The translations under genes were made by a program, and so were the position numbers. A model generated the notes under the pieces. The model was not told where the DNA came from and ran no database searches. It saw only the letters and a program-made list of their open reading frames with translations. A DNA stretch of 64,000 nt, taken from contig JBHGNT010000017.1 in the NCBI GenBank assembly GCA_043228905.1, forward strand, positions 6,076,001-6,140,000, given 5' to 3'. Below, piece after piece: positions 1-12,800 of the stretch. Source of the stretch: Azolla caroliniana (Eukaryota; Plantae; Polypodiophyta). Position 1 is the stretch's first letter. Each line of letters begins with the position of its first letter.

Positions 1-534
1 TCCATGTGTTTAGATGAAGCTTGGGATGAATGCACCAATCTATCAATTGTGGAGCCATGGAAGCTACAGAAGCTTGAGATTGAACAATGTGTGGATATCC
101 AGGAAGACGAACATGCAGACAATATTGTATACTACAACCAATGTGAGGACTTGGCAGTATTATTGGAAGTTGGAGATCATTTTGAAGTGCTCAAATCTCC
201 TCAAAATGAAGATTTTGAAGACTACTACATTGTGGTGTGCAAGCAAGGAAATACAATATTGGAAGAAGTCGTGAAGGACGGTTGGGGCAACATGTTCAAC
301 GTTGGTGAGTGTATCGTGTATGGCAACTACTATGCAAAGTTACCACAATGCAAGAACACGTATACATTATTAAAAGATGCACCCATTGTAATAATCTATG
401 TTGACGCTATTATCGCAATCAAGTTCACTATGAGTCAAGCAAAGCCCAAGGTTAAGGGATACAACACTGTCTACAAGGTCCCCAAAGAGGTTCACGAACA
501 CATATTGGGGGAGGTCTCCCTCTTTAATGCTTAG
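1..534 (+). CDS. 3' end of a probable DNA-transposon transposase (Cys-rich C-terminal region, Sola-like by recollection); 5'-truncated by window edge
   Basis: Frame is open from the window edge to TAG at 532-534. It starts SMCLDEAWDECTNLSIVEPW (Cys/Trp pattern). Catalytic core is not in the window, so the superfamily is uncertain. Confidence 0.4.
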   Translation, partial: SMCLDEAWDECTNLSIVEPWKLQKLEIEQCVDIQEDEHADNIVYYNQCEDLAVLLEVGDHFEVLKSPQNEDFEDYYIVVCKQGNTILEEVVKDGWGNMFNVGECIVYGNYYAKLPQCKNTYTLLKDAPIVIIYVDAIIAIKFTMSQAKPKVKGYNTVYKVPKEVHEHILGEVSLFNA

Positions 535-1569
535 AATGGTAAGCACTATTCATATGTAACATTCACATGTCTTGTAAACTCTGGCCTACAAATGAATGGA
601 AATATATCATCTTTGGTTTTCTTATGAGTTTGCAATGACAAAGCTTTCAATCTCGGTGTTTTGTTTAGATATGTATGAATCTTTTACATAAAGTATATGG
701 TGAAAAATATCTTTGGTTAGTACTAAAATTGTGTTAAGTGTTTCCTAACATAGAGATATCTAAGATAGGAGTGTTCATTCCACACATGTTTCTAGTGTGT
801 GGTACACTCATGAGGGTGTGGTACACTAGATGAGGGAATAGATGGAACATGTTAATTGCTAGTACTAATACAATGGTTCGTTCAAGTATACATACCATGT
901 TATGCCTATAACTCTTTTAGAGTTCATATGTATCAAAGTCAGTACAATGCATTAAAATATAGTACTAATACTGTGCTAAGTGTTTACTAACCTAGACATA
1001 TCCGAGATAGGAGTGTCATATGTGTCCATAACAAGCGTCAATGTGATATGTGTGCATAACAAGTGTCATTCTTACTAAGATGAGACCTCAAATAGTATCA
1101 AATTCACATTCTTAAATATATGTATCAAAGTTAGTACATTGCATATCAAGTTGGTACTAAATTAGTCACTAAGATGAGTACTCAAATAGTATCAACTTAG
1201 AATTCAGGATAAGTAAACCAAAATAGTGTCAAGAAGCAGTTAATCAAAAACTTGCTCATATGGTAATCAATTACAAACAATGATCTAAATACAGAAAACG
1301 TTTTAATTTTTTCTAGATCTTGTAATGCGCCTATTTTTTGTTACACTCTTCTCAGATTTCACACCCTTCTTCTTCTTCTTCATCTTAAAGCCACGAGGTA
1401 GTAGACTACTGAGTGGCAGTTCATCATCGGAGGGGAGGGCCAAGCTTGAGGGAACCTTGTGCTCTATTGCAACTACCTGAGACACACACACTTCCAGGAA
1501 GATCTTGTTGATAGTATTAGCATTAATCTGCTCTTCATGGGTAGAACTGGTGTTCTACAGTAACACAAT

Positions 1570-2100
1570 ATTCGTAGTACAAACATGTTCCTCTTCTTGG
1601 GTGGTTGCCATCTTCATTGCAAACTCCTCGTTGATGAAGCTAGACACTTGGTTCTTTGTACAGTCTTGTTCCAAGTGCAGGCTACTTGCGGTGTTTTGGT
1701 AAGACATGTGATTCGTAGTATCACCTTGTTCCTCTTCTTGGGTGGTAGCTACAATCTCCTTAATGATACAATCTTGCCCCATGTTTACGATATTGTTAGT
1801 GTTCTGGACACACACCTCATTCGTAGCACCACCTGGTTCCTCTTCTTGGATGGTAGCTACAATCTCCTTAATGATACAATCTTACCCCATGTTTACGGTA
1901 CTGTTAGTGTTCTGGACACACACCTTATTCGTAGCACCACCTTGTTCCTCTTCTTAGGTGGTAGCTACACTCTCTTTAATGTTATAGTCATGCTCCTCAT
2001 GTTTGGTGAAATTCACATTCCCTGCCGACTCCTCGTAAAACTCGTTTGTCACCTCGTTCTTTGTCCACTCCAACTCCTCTTCTTGGGTGATTTCACATTC
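1570..2100. repeat. Diverged tandem repeat, ~108-140 bp unit, ~5 copies (TTQEEE-type peptide on minus strand)
   Basis: Core tcctcttcttgggtgg recurs with variants near 1588, 1729, 1838, 1945 and 2075. Confidence 0.8.
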
Positions 2101-2979
2101 CTCATGTGTGGTGCTATCTGAGTCTGAACAATCAAGATTGCTCCATAGATTGTCTAAATCATCTGATGCTATTTAGGAATCTCCATGTTCTTCTATTCTA
2201 AATAACAAGAACAATATCAATTCACATTCTTACAAAGTGAAGGAACCTAGCCATATCAATTAACATACTAGATTAAGGGACAATCGTTTACCTACTATTA
2301 CATCTCCATCCTAGACTTTTGAAGATGAGTCTTTGCAGATGATTGTGTTTGTCATGTGCTGCAAGATCTGGTTTACATTGGTATCACACTCGTCATTATT
2401 GCTTGGGACGATAAATTCTTCTTCATGTTGTGGCTCTAAATCGGTATCTCCATTTTCATTAATCATTTCTTCCTTGTCTAACAACAAAAGCACGTGGTCT
2501 TAGTCTAACTCATTAACTTTACAACTCTCAAAGTTTGTGAGAATTTGTATGACCCACCACTGCAATGAACTCTACATTTCTTCCCCTTTCCATACAATTT
2601 CCTTGCACCATTACACTTCTTCGTAAGCTCTTTGATAGAAACATAAGAAATTAGAAGTATAGCAACAATGCATTATTAAAAGTTCACACACAATTAGCAT
2701 TACTGTTCACACAGTCAAGGGGAGCCGAGCTAGGAGAATTTGTTTGAAGCAACACGTCTTCAACTGTTCCAATGGCCTTTCTCATACATTCATCTTCATC
2801 ATAAATTTCCTCAGTTACCACTAAGGAATGACCATGGACTTTGGAATTTGCAGCAGACTCTGTATGTAGTAGCGCGGGGGCTGGTTGGTCAGTTACCTTC
2901 CCTGGTGTGGTGTTGCTTGATACTACAACATTCATATTATAATCGTACATTAGTTCTAACATGACTACAATGTTACAAA

Positions 2980-3920
2980 TATTATCAGTACTGAAACAAG
3001 TGGACATTTAAGACCATCAGTACTAAAAAACCAATCTTGTTCCAACTGATCACCAAGGAATACGCATGTAACAGTAATATTAGTACTAAAACAACAAAGA
3101 GGAACTTGAGGACACAATACATAACCATCTGGACATGTTGTCGATATTTGTTCGGTACTAAACAAAAGACCTGCATGCCTATTTGTTCGGTCATCCAGAG
3201 CCTATTTGTTCGGTTCTCCTATTTGTTAGTACACATACAAGTGATACAACTAAACATTTAAGACGTTCAGTACTAAATAATCAGTACTGAATCAACTCAA
3301 CACCAAGGGATACAATGTAATCAATAATGTTAGTACTAAAACATCAATCAAGGAACTTGAGAGAACAGTATTGAACCACCTGGACATGCATATTAAAGCG
3401 TGGTATTGACCTATGTTAGTACTAAACAACCAAGACCTTCATGCGTAATTGTTTGGTCATTTTGAGCCTAACTTGAGTGGACACAAAACGTACAATGTAA
3501 TGGACAATGTTTGTACTTATACAAGTTATACAACGAATCAATTAAGACATTCAATACTAAATAATCAGTACTGAATCAACTGATCACCAAGGAATACAAT
3601 GTAATTAGTAATGTTAGTATTGAATCCTCCAACAAGGAACTTGAGGGCACATTACACAACCACTTGGACATGCATATTTCATGTAATGAACAATGTTAGT
3701 ACTAAAAAACCTAGACCTTCATGTCTATTTGTTCGGTCATCTAGAGCCTAAGCCAAGTGGACATAGAAAGTACAATATAATGAATAATGTTAGTGCACAT
3801 GCAAGTTATACATCTAAACATTTAAGATCCTTAGTACTAAATAAGATTCACATTGTCAACTGATCACCAAGGAATACAATGTAATCAGTAATGTTAGTAC
3901 TGAATCATGTAAAAATGATC
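2980..3920. repeat. Diverged tandem repeat, ~250-280 bp unit, ~3.5 copies, AGTACT-rich
   Basis: caccaagg(a/g)atac recurs near 3050, 3301, 3585 and 3865 with matching flanks. Confidence 0.8.
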
Positions 3921-6091
3921 TTGCGGGAACAATACTCATGGGTATAAGACCATAACCAAATGTTAAAATTATAAAAGCATAGTATAAAAATTACATATGT
4001 TCTTAATCACATACCATAGGAATGTACTTTCAAACCCCAAGTTAAGTACCATTCAGCTCCAACTGTACTTTTACAGTGTAAACATATATTTTCTTTCTCA
4101 AAATGGTACTTAACGCATAAACAATGATATGTGTGCAAGCATGGTGTAATGATAGCATCCATGGCCTCAAAATTGAATCCAAGGCCACAGAATACACACC
4201 TTCAAATACGAGACACAAAATACACTATATTAGCAACGATGATATTTTATACAATAGAAGGTCAACTTGTAAAAATATAAACCATTATCTTCATACAGTA
4301 ATTCTTGTAATGGTACTTTCATTGCAAGTGGGATGCTCAACTACTTCTGGCCATAGAGGATCTAAACCTTTATCTTTTAGACCCTTCATCAAACATGTCA
4401 GGTTCTCAGAGTGACTTTTAAGGTTGATAACTTATCATCAATTTTAGAACGAGATGACCTCCATGTCTCCAGATCTTTCTTCTGTTTTCCCAGTTGAGTG
4501 CCCATATTTGTCAGCTCCTTCTTCAACTCCTCTTTCAACACATCGCTTTCAAAATGTTGGATTGTTGCTGTTATCCATTCATATGTATTCGATATAGATG
4601 TGAATTGTTTCTCTACCGCCATCTCACTAGATGAAACTTCTTCCAAATCGGTAAGCAACGCTTGCATTCTTGTTTACATGGAAGCTATGCAATGCAACAA
4701 TCGTTGTTCATGCTTTTCTGTTAGTGTAGCTCTTTCTTTTGCAATCTGTTTAATCAACACAGATGTCCTAGCTAGGATTTCAATGTGGGAGGTACCCTCA
4801 GACTTCATAGTAGTGTTGGTACTTGAGGACCCTCTATAATGTGATGATTGATGATGAGCAAATCTTCCCAATCAGCTTCAATGCCACCATGGAGTTCACA
4901 TGCAAATGCACGTGCAAAAACTGTTCCTACCTCATTGTTTAGGATATGTTTTGTATCATAAACTTGTTCATATCGTGACTTTAGTTCAATGATATAATCC
5001 TTCTTCAATTGAGTGAGGTGAAAACCTCTCCTTGTCTCCGGTTGTGATGAGCCCCATGTATTGATCATCCACATGTCTAGGTCTTCATAAGTGTCAGGTT
5101 GTGCACGAAGGAAATATCCCCATCCTAACTTTCTACCTCGAAGGATGTTTGTGAACATCTTATTGCCCTGAGATGTTGACAACTTAAAACTCCCTCTGGT
5201 GGGGGTCATCTTACTTTCTTTAATGGGGGTCCTTTTTCTTTCCTTGCATGGTGTGTTGACATTTTCTTTGACCATTTTCTTCTTCGTGGGTGTCTTCCTT
5301 GTCATTTGAGTCCTATCTCTCTTCTTCACCTCACACACACAAAAATAGTAAATAACAATAGATCAATCACAACTGTCTTTTTTCATCATATGATTAAATC
5401 ACACATAATAAGAACAACAATGAGACATAAAACCCTAAACATACTTCAAGTTGGCTCAAAAACAAGATTCATGCATGTACAAGTCTCTCTTGGAAGTGCA
5501 CATAGGAGGAAAGACAAAAACATCAACAACAAAGATAAAACCTACAACATAATGTTAACTCCCGATACACAACATATACATGCTAAACCATGGAAAATCA
5601 TTGCAGCGTACCATCATAGAACCATCTTCCAATATGTCAACATGTACCAAATTCTAAATCATGCAATAAATGACACATGCATGTAAAACACTCTCAATTT
5701 CAAGCATATGCATGTACAAGTGTCTCAAATGATCAAGGGAGAACAACACGAACAACAACAATAAAACCCTAACATGTAGCATAACATGAAGGAAGCCTAA
5801 AGCAGGATTACCTTTTTAGATGTCATTAGGGTTGCAGATAGCAAGATTACCTTTCTGAAGTCCTTGTAGAGGGGACACATTTGAAGCACGAGTTGCAAGC
5901 AAACGGACACACCAGGTAGAGGGAACACAACGACTTGAGAACACCTGGGGGTAGAGCAAAGCAGAGGTCATAGCCAACAGAGGGGACACGACCAACAGAG
6001 CAGAGGTCAATGTCGTTAGGACACGGTGAGCACAGAACACCTAATGGTGAGGGAGAACAAGGTTAGTAGAGGGAGAGAGAACGTGGACAAC

Positions 6092-6330
6092 CCTAGAGAT
6101 TCTACAGAGACCTGTGCAGAAGGTGGAAGAGAGACAGAGAGGGGGAGAGGAGGTATGAACGTCGAGTAGTGACGTGGTTGGGATCTGCAGAGACCTATGC
6201 AGAAGGTGGAAGCGAGACACAGAGGGGGAGAGGAGGTACGAACGACGAGCAGTGACGCGCTTGGAGTCTGTAGAGACCTATACAAAAGGTGGAAGAGAGA
6301 CAGAGAGGGGGAGAGAAGGTACGAACCACG
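6092..6330. repeat. ~84 bp tandem repeat, 3 copies, followed by a GA-rich tract
   Basis: agagacct...aaggtggaag.gagacacaga-like unit seen three times. Confidence 0.8.
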
Positions 6331-7240
6331 GGAATCAGCGAGTAGCAGGGGGAAGGAGAGAGAGAGAGAGGGAGAGGGAGAGAGAGGGAGAGGGAGAGGG
6401 AGAGAGAGAGAGACTAACTGACTAACTGACAGTTCGAGATGAAAATATGTGCCAAGAGAGAGAGCGAGAGAGAGACATACTATATTCATAATTGAGTGAC
6501 TACTCGAGATCTTGTACAGTTAAGATCTCTGTACAACATTACCTAGGACTGTGACCCAACAACCTCAAATGAAATGGACAGTTGGACACATACATAAGTT
6601 ATAATTGTGGAAGGATGTGCAATGTTTTTTTCATATTTGAAATCCATTTTCATTGAATGTGACTTTTAATTTTAGCACAAAATATGGTCAACTTTTTTAA
6701 CCCAAATATTGGATTATTTTTCTTTCCTCCTCATTGAATTAGTACTAAAATTTTGGCCAAAAGTTGGTACACCGTAGCGTTGTCGTGAAGATCCGTCACT
6801 ACGCGCGGATCGTGAGGCGGAACCGCCGGGGTTCTGGACCGGAAGGATTCAAAGTCGGTACAAGCTTTGGCGCAAGCTTTACCGAGAAAGTACTTAAGAT
6901 AGATTGGGAAAGAGAGAAGTTGAGATTACACGATTGAGAGAGATTGATTGAACTTTTAACTTTAGATTTAAGAAACAAGTTACACGATCAATTTGATAAC
7001 AAATTTCTTCCTCTTAATTTTCATAAAAAAAACCGTGTTTTTTCTCCTCCCCCTTCCTTCTATTATAGATGCTCTCATGCATATGATGCATGTGAGGGTA
7101 CAAGACATGCATAAAATGCATGTTTGCCATTTGGCGCTTATGTATTAAATGTGGTGCATGATAACCATGTCACTCATTTTAGCTCTCATGTATGAGAATT
7201 TACATGTAAAAGTACAATGATAGAAATATAAATTCAACTA

Positions 7241-7312
7241 AATGTCATGGCTTAATTGTAAGCCAATTGACTCCTAACTCGGAGGTGCAAGGTTCGAATC
7301 CTTACTTGCCCT
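7241..7312 (+). ncRNA. tRNA-like Pol III cassette inside LTR family A
   Basis: A box TGGCTTAATTG (7248) and B box GGTTCGAATCC (7291) at tRNA spacing; T-stem aagg/cctt. Not a complete cloverleaf. Confidence 0.6.
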
Positions 7313-7349
7313 CCTTGTAAATATATATATTTATATATTTATTTATCTA

Positions 7350-7530
7350 GTCACCGGACGCTGGTTCGCCGGATGCCGTCGCCGGTTTCCGTCGGATACC
7401 GGTGCCGTCGCCGATGCCGCCGGATGCCGTCGGTTACCGGTGTTGCCGCCGGATGCCGTCAGTTACCGATGCCGCCGTCGGTTACTGATGCCGGCGCCGG
7501 ATGCCGCCGGATCACCAGCTCCATCGCCGA
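7350..7530. repeat. GC-rich short tandem repeats (gccggatgccgtcg-like) within LTR
   Basis: Directly visible. Confidence 0.8.
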
Positions 7531-7938
7531 TCCGATTTTGGTTGGCCAAAATCCTTTACGAGTAGCTAGCCCACCTCCACTCTTAGTTCAAGTTACCTTG
7601 AACTCTCTATGCTCCACACATATACACGAAGATAATATCTTTTGCTCTACATTATATATGATGAGAGCCGTATTTGTCGTGCCTATGTGGGATATCTCAC
7701 AATTTTCTCTTTTCCTTTCACAAACTTTATACCCTCATATCTTGACATTTAGTTGTTCGTTTCTCGTGTAATAAAGTGCATTCGAAACCTCCATCATTTT
7801 GTACTTAGATATTAAATTTATTTAAAATGTTATCTTCACAATTATTGTATTATGTGATTCATACTCGATTTCGTACGTTTTATGGGATTTTCACACTATT
7901 GCCGAAAATCTTCACGACAGCGTGCTTTCACCCATATC

Positions 7939-9891
7939 CTAAAGGTTCCATGAACACTGTCGCTGATGCACTAAGTTGCATCCGTGAAGTTAACATGCTT
8001 AGCTTCATTGAAATAACATCAGATCTTTATGATGACCTTCGAGGAAAGTATCCTGATGACAGTTATTTTGCGAAATACTAGGCAAGAGTTGAGTCTAGAA
8101 CAAACACCACCACATCCTCGAAGGAATACTTCCACATTTCTAACGGTCTGTTCTACCGTAATGGGAAGGTTTGTGTTCCAGATTTGCCTAAGGTTAAAAA
8201 GAGAATTCTTTTTGAATGTTATGATGCACCCTTAGTAGGGCACCCTGGAATACATCGTACACTCATTCTCATCTCCACTCAATTCTATTGGCCTAAGATG
8301 CGTCCTGACATACACAACTATGTGACTAAATGTCACCAATGTCAGCTTAACAAAGCCGGGCGACTTAAAGTAGCAGGACTTTTAATAAGTGGGAAAGTAT
8401 ATCCATGGATTTTATTGTTAGCCTTCCTCGCATCCAAAAAGGCCATGATGCCATTTGGGTTGTGGTTGATAGACTAACTAAAATGGCCATATTTATTGCT
8501 ACTAAAACCACCGCAAGAGCTCTGAATTGGCTTACCAATTCATTGATGAGTTATTTCGTTTTTATGGGTTACCGATGGATATCGTGAGTGATCGAGATCC
8601 AAAGTTTACTAGTGACTTCTGGACGCAAGTCTTTAAGAAGTTAGAAACTACGTTGAGCATGAGCTCCACGGATCATCCTCAATCTGATGGACAGATAGAA
8701 CGAGTAAATCAAATTATTGAGGACATGCTTCGAGCATACGTTGGTGCAAAACCAACAAAATGGGAACGTTATCTCCCAATTTTGGAGTTTGCTTATAACA
8801 GCTACAAGCATACGTCGACGGGATATAGTCCTTTTATGTTGATGTATGGTTTTCAGCTAAGAGCCCCAATTGTTGTTAATATACATCATGATGAGTTGCA
8901 AAGTACGCAAAACTTTCTTCGGGATATGCAAGATATGTTGCATATTGCACGAGATAATATAAAAACAGCTCAAGATAGAGTGCATTTTTACGCTGATCAT
9001 AATAGGCAACCTCGTGTATTCAACCCTGGACAGAAGGTATTTTTACGTGTACCTCACAATTCTAACACATTGTCTACGGGTAAGTGCGCTAAGTTAGCCC
9101 CATGGTCATCAGCCTATTGTCTCGCTCTTCCTGATGGCGTTGAAATTCATCCAGTTTTTCATGTAAGTTGTCTAAAAGAACTTCTAGGTTCTGGCGACAA
9201 TACAATTACAACTAAAACTTTGGTTACTTCTGAAGAATTATCTTCTAAACCACATGTACCAGAAATAATTCTCGATGTTAAAACAAAAAATCTATGTACA
9301 AAAAAAATCTGAGAATTTAAAATTAAATGGATGGATAAATCTATCAAAGATGCCACATGGGAACGCAAAAATACTCTATGAACTAACTTCCCTAACTTTC
9401 CATTGCAAGAGTGCAATGTTTTAAAGAGGGGGAGTGTGTTACGGGCATGACCATATAATATCTCATGGTGAGAATTTACCGTAGTATTCTATACATGTGG
9501 ATAAGTGTGAGGGTTAAACGAGAGTGTAAACAAGGGGAGGATTACTTTTAATCCTCGGGATTGAGACAACCCATTAGGCCAAGTGTGAACTTGCCTGGGG
9601 GCCTTGGGTCTCACTATAAATATGAGGCCTAGCTACCCTCATTTCATCATCTTTTGACTACGTCAAGACTCTGACGTTGTGGTGGGTCAACTCTTGTAGC
9701 GAGTGCGCCAACACTAGGTACGACTCAACGCCATGACGGTGGTATGGGACGTTGATCGAGGCTCGAGTCCGTCTCGATCCCTTTGCTTGGGGGTGGTTGG
9801 GTGGATTGACACCCTTCTTTCTCTCTCACCTATCTTATTTCTTATATCTTTTATCCTTATCATATGCTTACGTTAGACCATTGCTCTAACA
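7939..9891 (+). mobile_element. 3' part of a Ty3/gypsy chromovirus (RNase H end, integrase, chromodomain, PPT, 3' LTR)
   Basis: ADALS motif; integrase zinc finger GHPG...WPKM...CHQC; core MDFI, SDRDPKFTS, HPQSDGQIERVN; HPVFHVS; PPT aaagagggggag at ~9423-9434; LTR TGTTA(9437)...TAACA(9891). Confidence 0.9.
7940..9410 (+). pseudogene. pol: Gypsy pol fragment: integrase plus C-terminal chromodomain, with frameshifts and stops
   Basis: ORFs 8184-8477, 8405-8587 and 8527-9312. Read-through gives PEIILDVK...*EFKIKWMDKSIKDATWE (chromodomain pattern). Confidence 0.9.
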
Positions 9892-12800
9892 GTATGCCAT
9901 CACAACAGGAAGTGGGCGCGCAACGGGATGGATTAGCGAGGTTCGACATCGAAGCCTTGGTTCGGGAAGCGTACGAGATCTTGAAGGCGAAGATCGACAA
10001 AGAAGAAAGATTTGGCACGCAGTTGGAATCGGGTGGACTGAAGGACACACCTCCTCGGACGGGGCCTATGCGGAGGTTGAAGCACAGTACAACGCTAACA
10101 TGGGAGAGGGTGTGGAGAAAGACCGACCGAGGATAAGGTCGGAATCAGGGAGACAATGATCACCAGTTCGGAAGAAGACCGATGGTTTCAGGCACGTTGG
10201 CCTGAAACATCGGATGAAGGAGAAGCAAGCATAGTCGGGGCTTATGCAATTAAAGCCGAAGAGGTAGACACGGGTTGCGGTGTTGAGGAGGACCTGGCTA
10301 TGGACAAGTCGTCGAGGAGTGAAGTTGTCGAAACGATCGCCACACCAATTCCAAAGACTTTGGTTGTTGGTCCCGTGAGCCGACATGAGACCGAACAGAA
10401 GGAAGGTGGTGGCGAGAGGACATGGCACGAGGCCAACATGCGCATAAGGAAGGATGGGGCCGGCAAGGCGGCCATGGACAAAAACATGATGGGTGCGAAC
10501 GGGAGAGTCAGAAACTGATCCAACGAGGAGACAAGTCAGTTGGTGATCTGACTCGGAAGCACAAACATTCGGTCGTATTCCGACCCGAGTGGGATGAGAG
10601 TGATTGAATGAACTCGCGGAAGTAAGTGAGGAACTGTAAGTGTATGGATAGAAAATGACACTGACACATAGGGAGAAGAAGAAGGTAGACACATAGTTCA
10701 AGCTTTAATGGAAGCTCTCGCTATTTTTGTTCTCTCTCATTTAGAGACGTAAGATACAAGAATCATCAAGATGAGTGATTACAATGTTAGGTTAGAGCTT
10801 ATATACTAAGCCCTAACTATTTGGACATGTTCACACTAAGGTACAAATTAGAAGGAATCAACCTTTTATGCCAACAAACTCCCCCGTAAAAGGACTACTC
10901 TTTCTTAAGTATACAAGAGATTTGGAGTTATCTCCCTCGTAAACCTAGATTTCAAAGTTAATCTGAATTTATATTACAAGTCAATTGGCATATAGCCGAG
11001 TCGGTAGAGGTGGAATTGGTATCTAGCCTGATTCGACTAGTCATTCAGTTTAGTTAGTTCGAATCAGTCGGATTGACTTACGTTTTGCTCCTTGCTCAGC
11101 TTTCTTCTGCTCGGTCGCTTGTCACAGTCCCATCTTTGTCCTTAGTGCTCCGATGCGTTGATCTGGGAGTGGCTTCGTCAGGCAATTGGTGATGTTCACC
11201 TCAGTGTCGAGCACCTCAATATGCTTTGTCTTTGCATGACAGACATGATTATTGATGAGGTGTATCACTCAATCCTCAATCCCAATGTGTCAGGCTTGTC
11301 CGAGTTCCTTCATTGCAAATTTGTCGTGAAGGCTCCACTTTAGCTTTCCAATTTCGGCTTGATTGCTTCTTGTAATTAGCATGTCATCGACATATAGGAT
11401 CAGATATATCTGGGACTCGTCGGTCGGTTGCTGAACATATAGACATGGGTCGGAGTTGGATCGGCGGTATCCAAGCTGCCTGATGTAGGAGTTAAACTTT
11501 TGGTACCACATCCTTGACGCTTGTTTTCTGGGTCGGTCTTTTCGGCTACGTTCATGGCCCCTTCTAAATTGATCGCCATCATTGGGTACAAGGTGTTGTA
11601 CTTGTGCTTGCTTCCAATCTTCAGATTTCCACGGCTGATCATCCATGTTGACTCACTGAGAGTCATTTGGTACCTATCTTCGGCTAACATGCCGATGGAG
11701 ACCAGACTCCTTTTCATATCGGGTACGTGCCGGACTTGGTGTAGGACTATTGTGTTATCGTTTGATGGTTGAATTGGTACTTCACAAACTCCTCCTATTC
11801 TGCACTCCGGCCCATTGCCTAGTTGGATTGTGCCACTTGCGCCAACCGAATAGTTGAAAACCATTCAATGTCTGGGGTCACGTGGAATGCGGCACCGGAA
11901 TCGAGTAACCACGTGTGTGCATCTTGCACACTGTAGAGGACTTCCCCAATCATCAAGTCCTCTAAGGAGAGGATTTCTCCCGATTGGGTGTTGACAACAT
12001 TGACTTGGTTGCTGATTGGGGAATGGTTTGAGTCAGATCATCCTCGATTCCGCTCGGATCGCCAACCACTCCCTTTCCTCTTGATTGACCAGCAGTCGAA
12101 AACATTGTGGCCGGCTTTTTTGCAGTGAGTCCAGAATTTGCTTGATTGGCATGTTCTTGACTTCGACCGTTGTCGGTCTCCCCTCATTTTCGATCAACCA
12201 TGGTCTCGACCGATTCTATCGGCTTGTTCTTTCGATTGACTCGGTCGAGAGTTGGGTTTTTGCCAATTCGTCGATGGTGAGTCCCATCGATTTTCGCCGA
12301 ATATCCTCAGTGAGGACTTGGCCGATCGTCTCATCTAGATTTAGGATCGGACGACTATTGGCAAATGTCGTGCAGAATACCTCCCAACTTGCCAGCAAGC
12401 TCGATAGGAGAGCAAGGGCATTCACTTCTTCTTCGAAGTTAATCCCTGGGAGGAGAGTTCAGACAACACCCGGTTGAAGCTGTTGATGTGAGAGGTTGCA
12501 GGATCCAACTCTCTCATCTTCATATTGAATAGTTGCCGAATCAATATGAGTTTCGACGAGGACTTCTTTTCGTACACTGCTTGCAACTTCTCCCATAACG
12601 AGAACGTTGTTGTCTCTTTAGCCATGCTGAAATAGACGTTTTCAGCTAGATGCATTCAGATGGTAGAGCGCGCGATTTCATCTATGGATCTCCACTCTTC
12701 GGATGTCATCGAAGCATGTTTTTCACTCTGTTGAATGGCTTCGACTTGTCTTCTGATGATCAACATATCCTACATCATCTCCTTCCACAAGGAAAAGTTT

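Larger units (their letters stand above)
1303..5338 (-). pseudogene. Multi-exon, frameshifted gene of unknown function (probable TE accessory gene)
   Basis: Protein-like ORFs 4805-5338 (RGFHLTQL...YEQVY...NNEV...FARAFACE...DW), 4674-4871 and 4398-4667 (coiled-coil-like), then acidic low-complexity ORFs to 1303. Minus-strand splice-like signals near 2291 (donor) and 1477 (acceptor). Confidence 0.45.
6781..7919 (-). mobile_element. Gypsy solo LTR, family A (TGTCG group)
   Basis: Termini TGTCGTGAAGAT...ATCTTCACGACA (12-bp inverted repeat) and 4-bp TSD GCGT/GCGT. Left end resembles the U5 end of family B LTRs (ggaaccgccg.ggtt.tggac). Second partial copy at 36955-37302. Confidence 0.85.
1..7938. 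mobile_element. Right part of a probable large two-gene DNA transposon inserted into a gypsy pol gene
   Basis: Contains a transposase-like ORF end, a convergent spliced gene and AGTACT-rich repeats. After removing the 6781-7919 solo LTR, the sequence runs ...ggtacaccgtagcgtgctttcacccatatcc and abuts gypsy RNase H codons (KGSMNTVADALS) at ~7940. Left terminus not visible. Confidence 0.4.

Noticed and set aside
6016-6489. 157-aa ORF and other (LS)n/(RE)n/(HT)n/(CV)n ORFs across the window
   Set aside because: Translations of GA/CT/CA microsatellites.
7241-7312. Functional tRNA gene (CCT in anticodon position)
   Set aside because: Acceptor and anticodon stems do not pair properly; reported only as tRNA-like.
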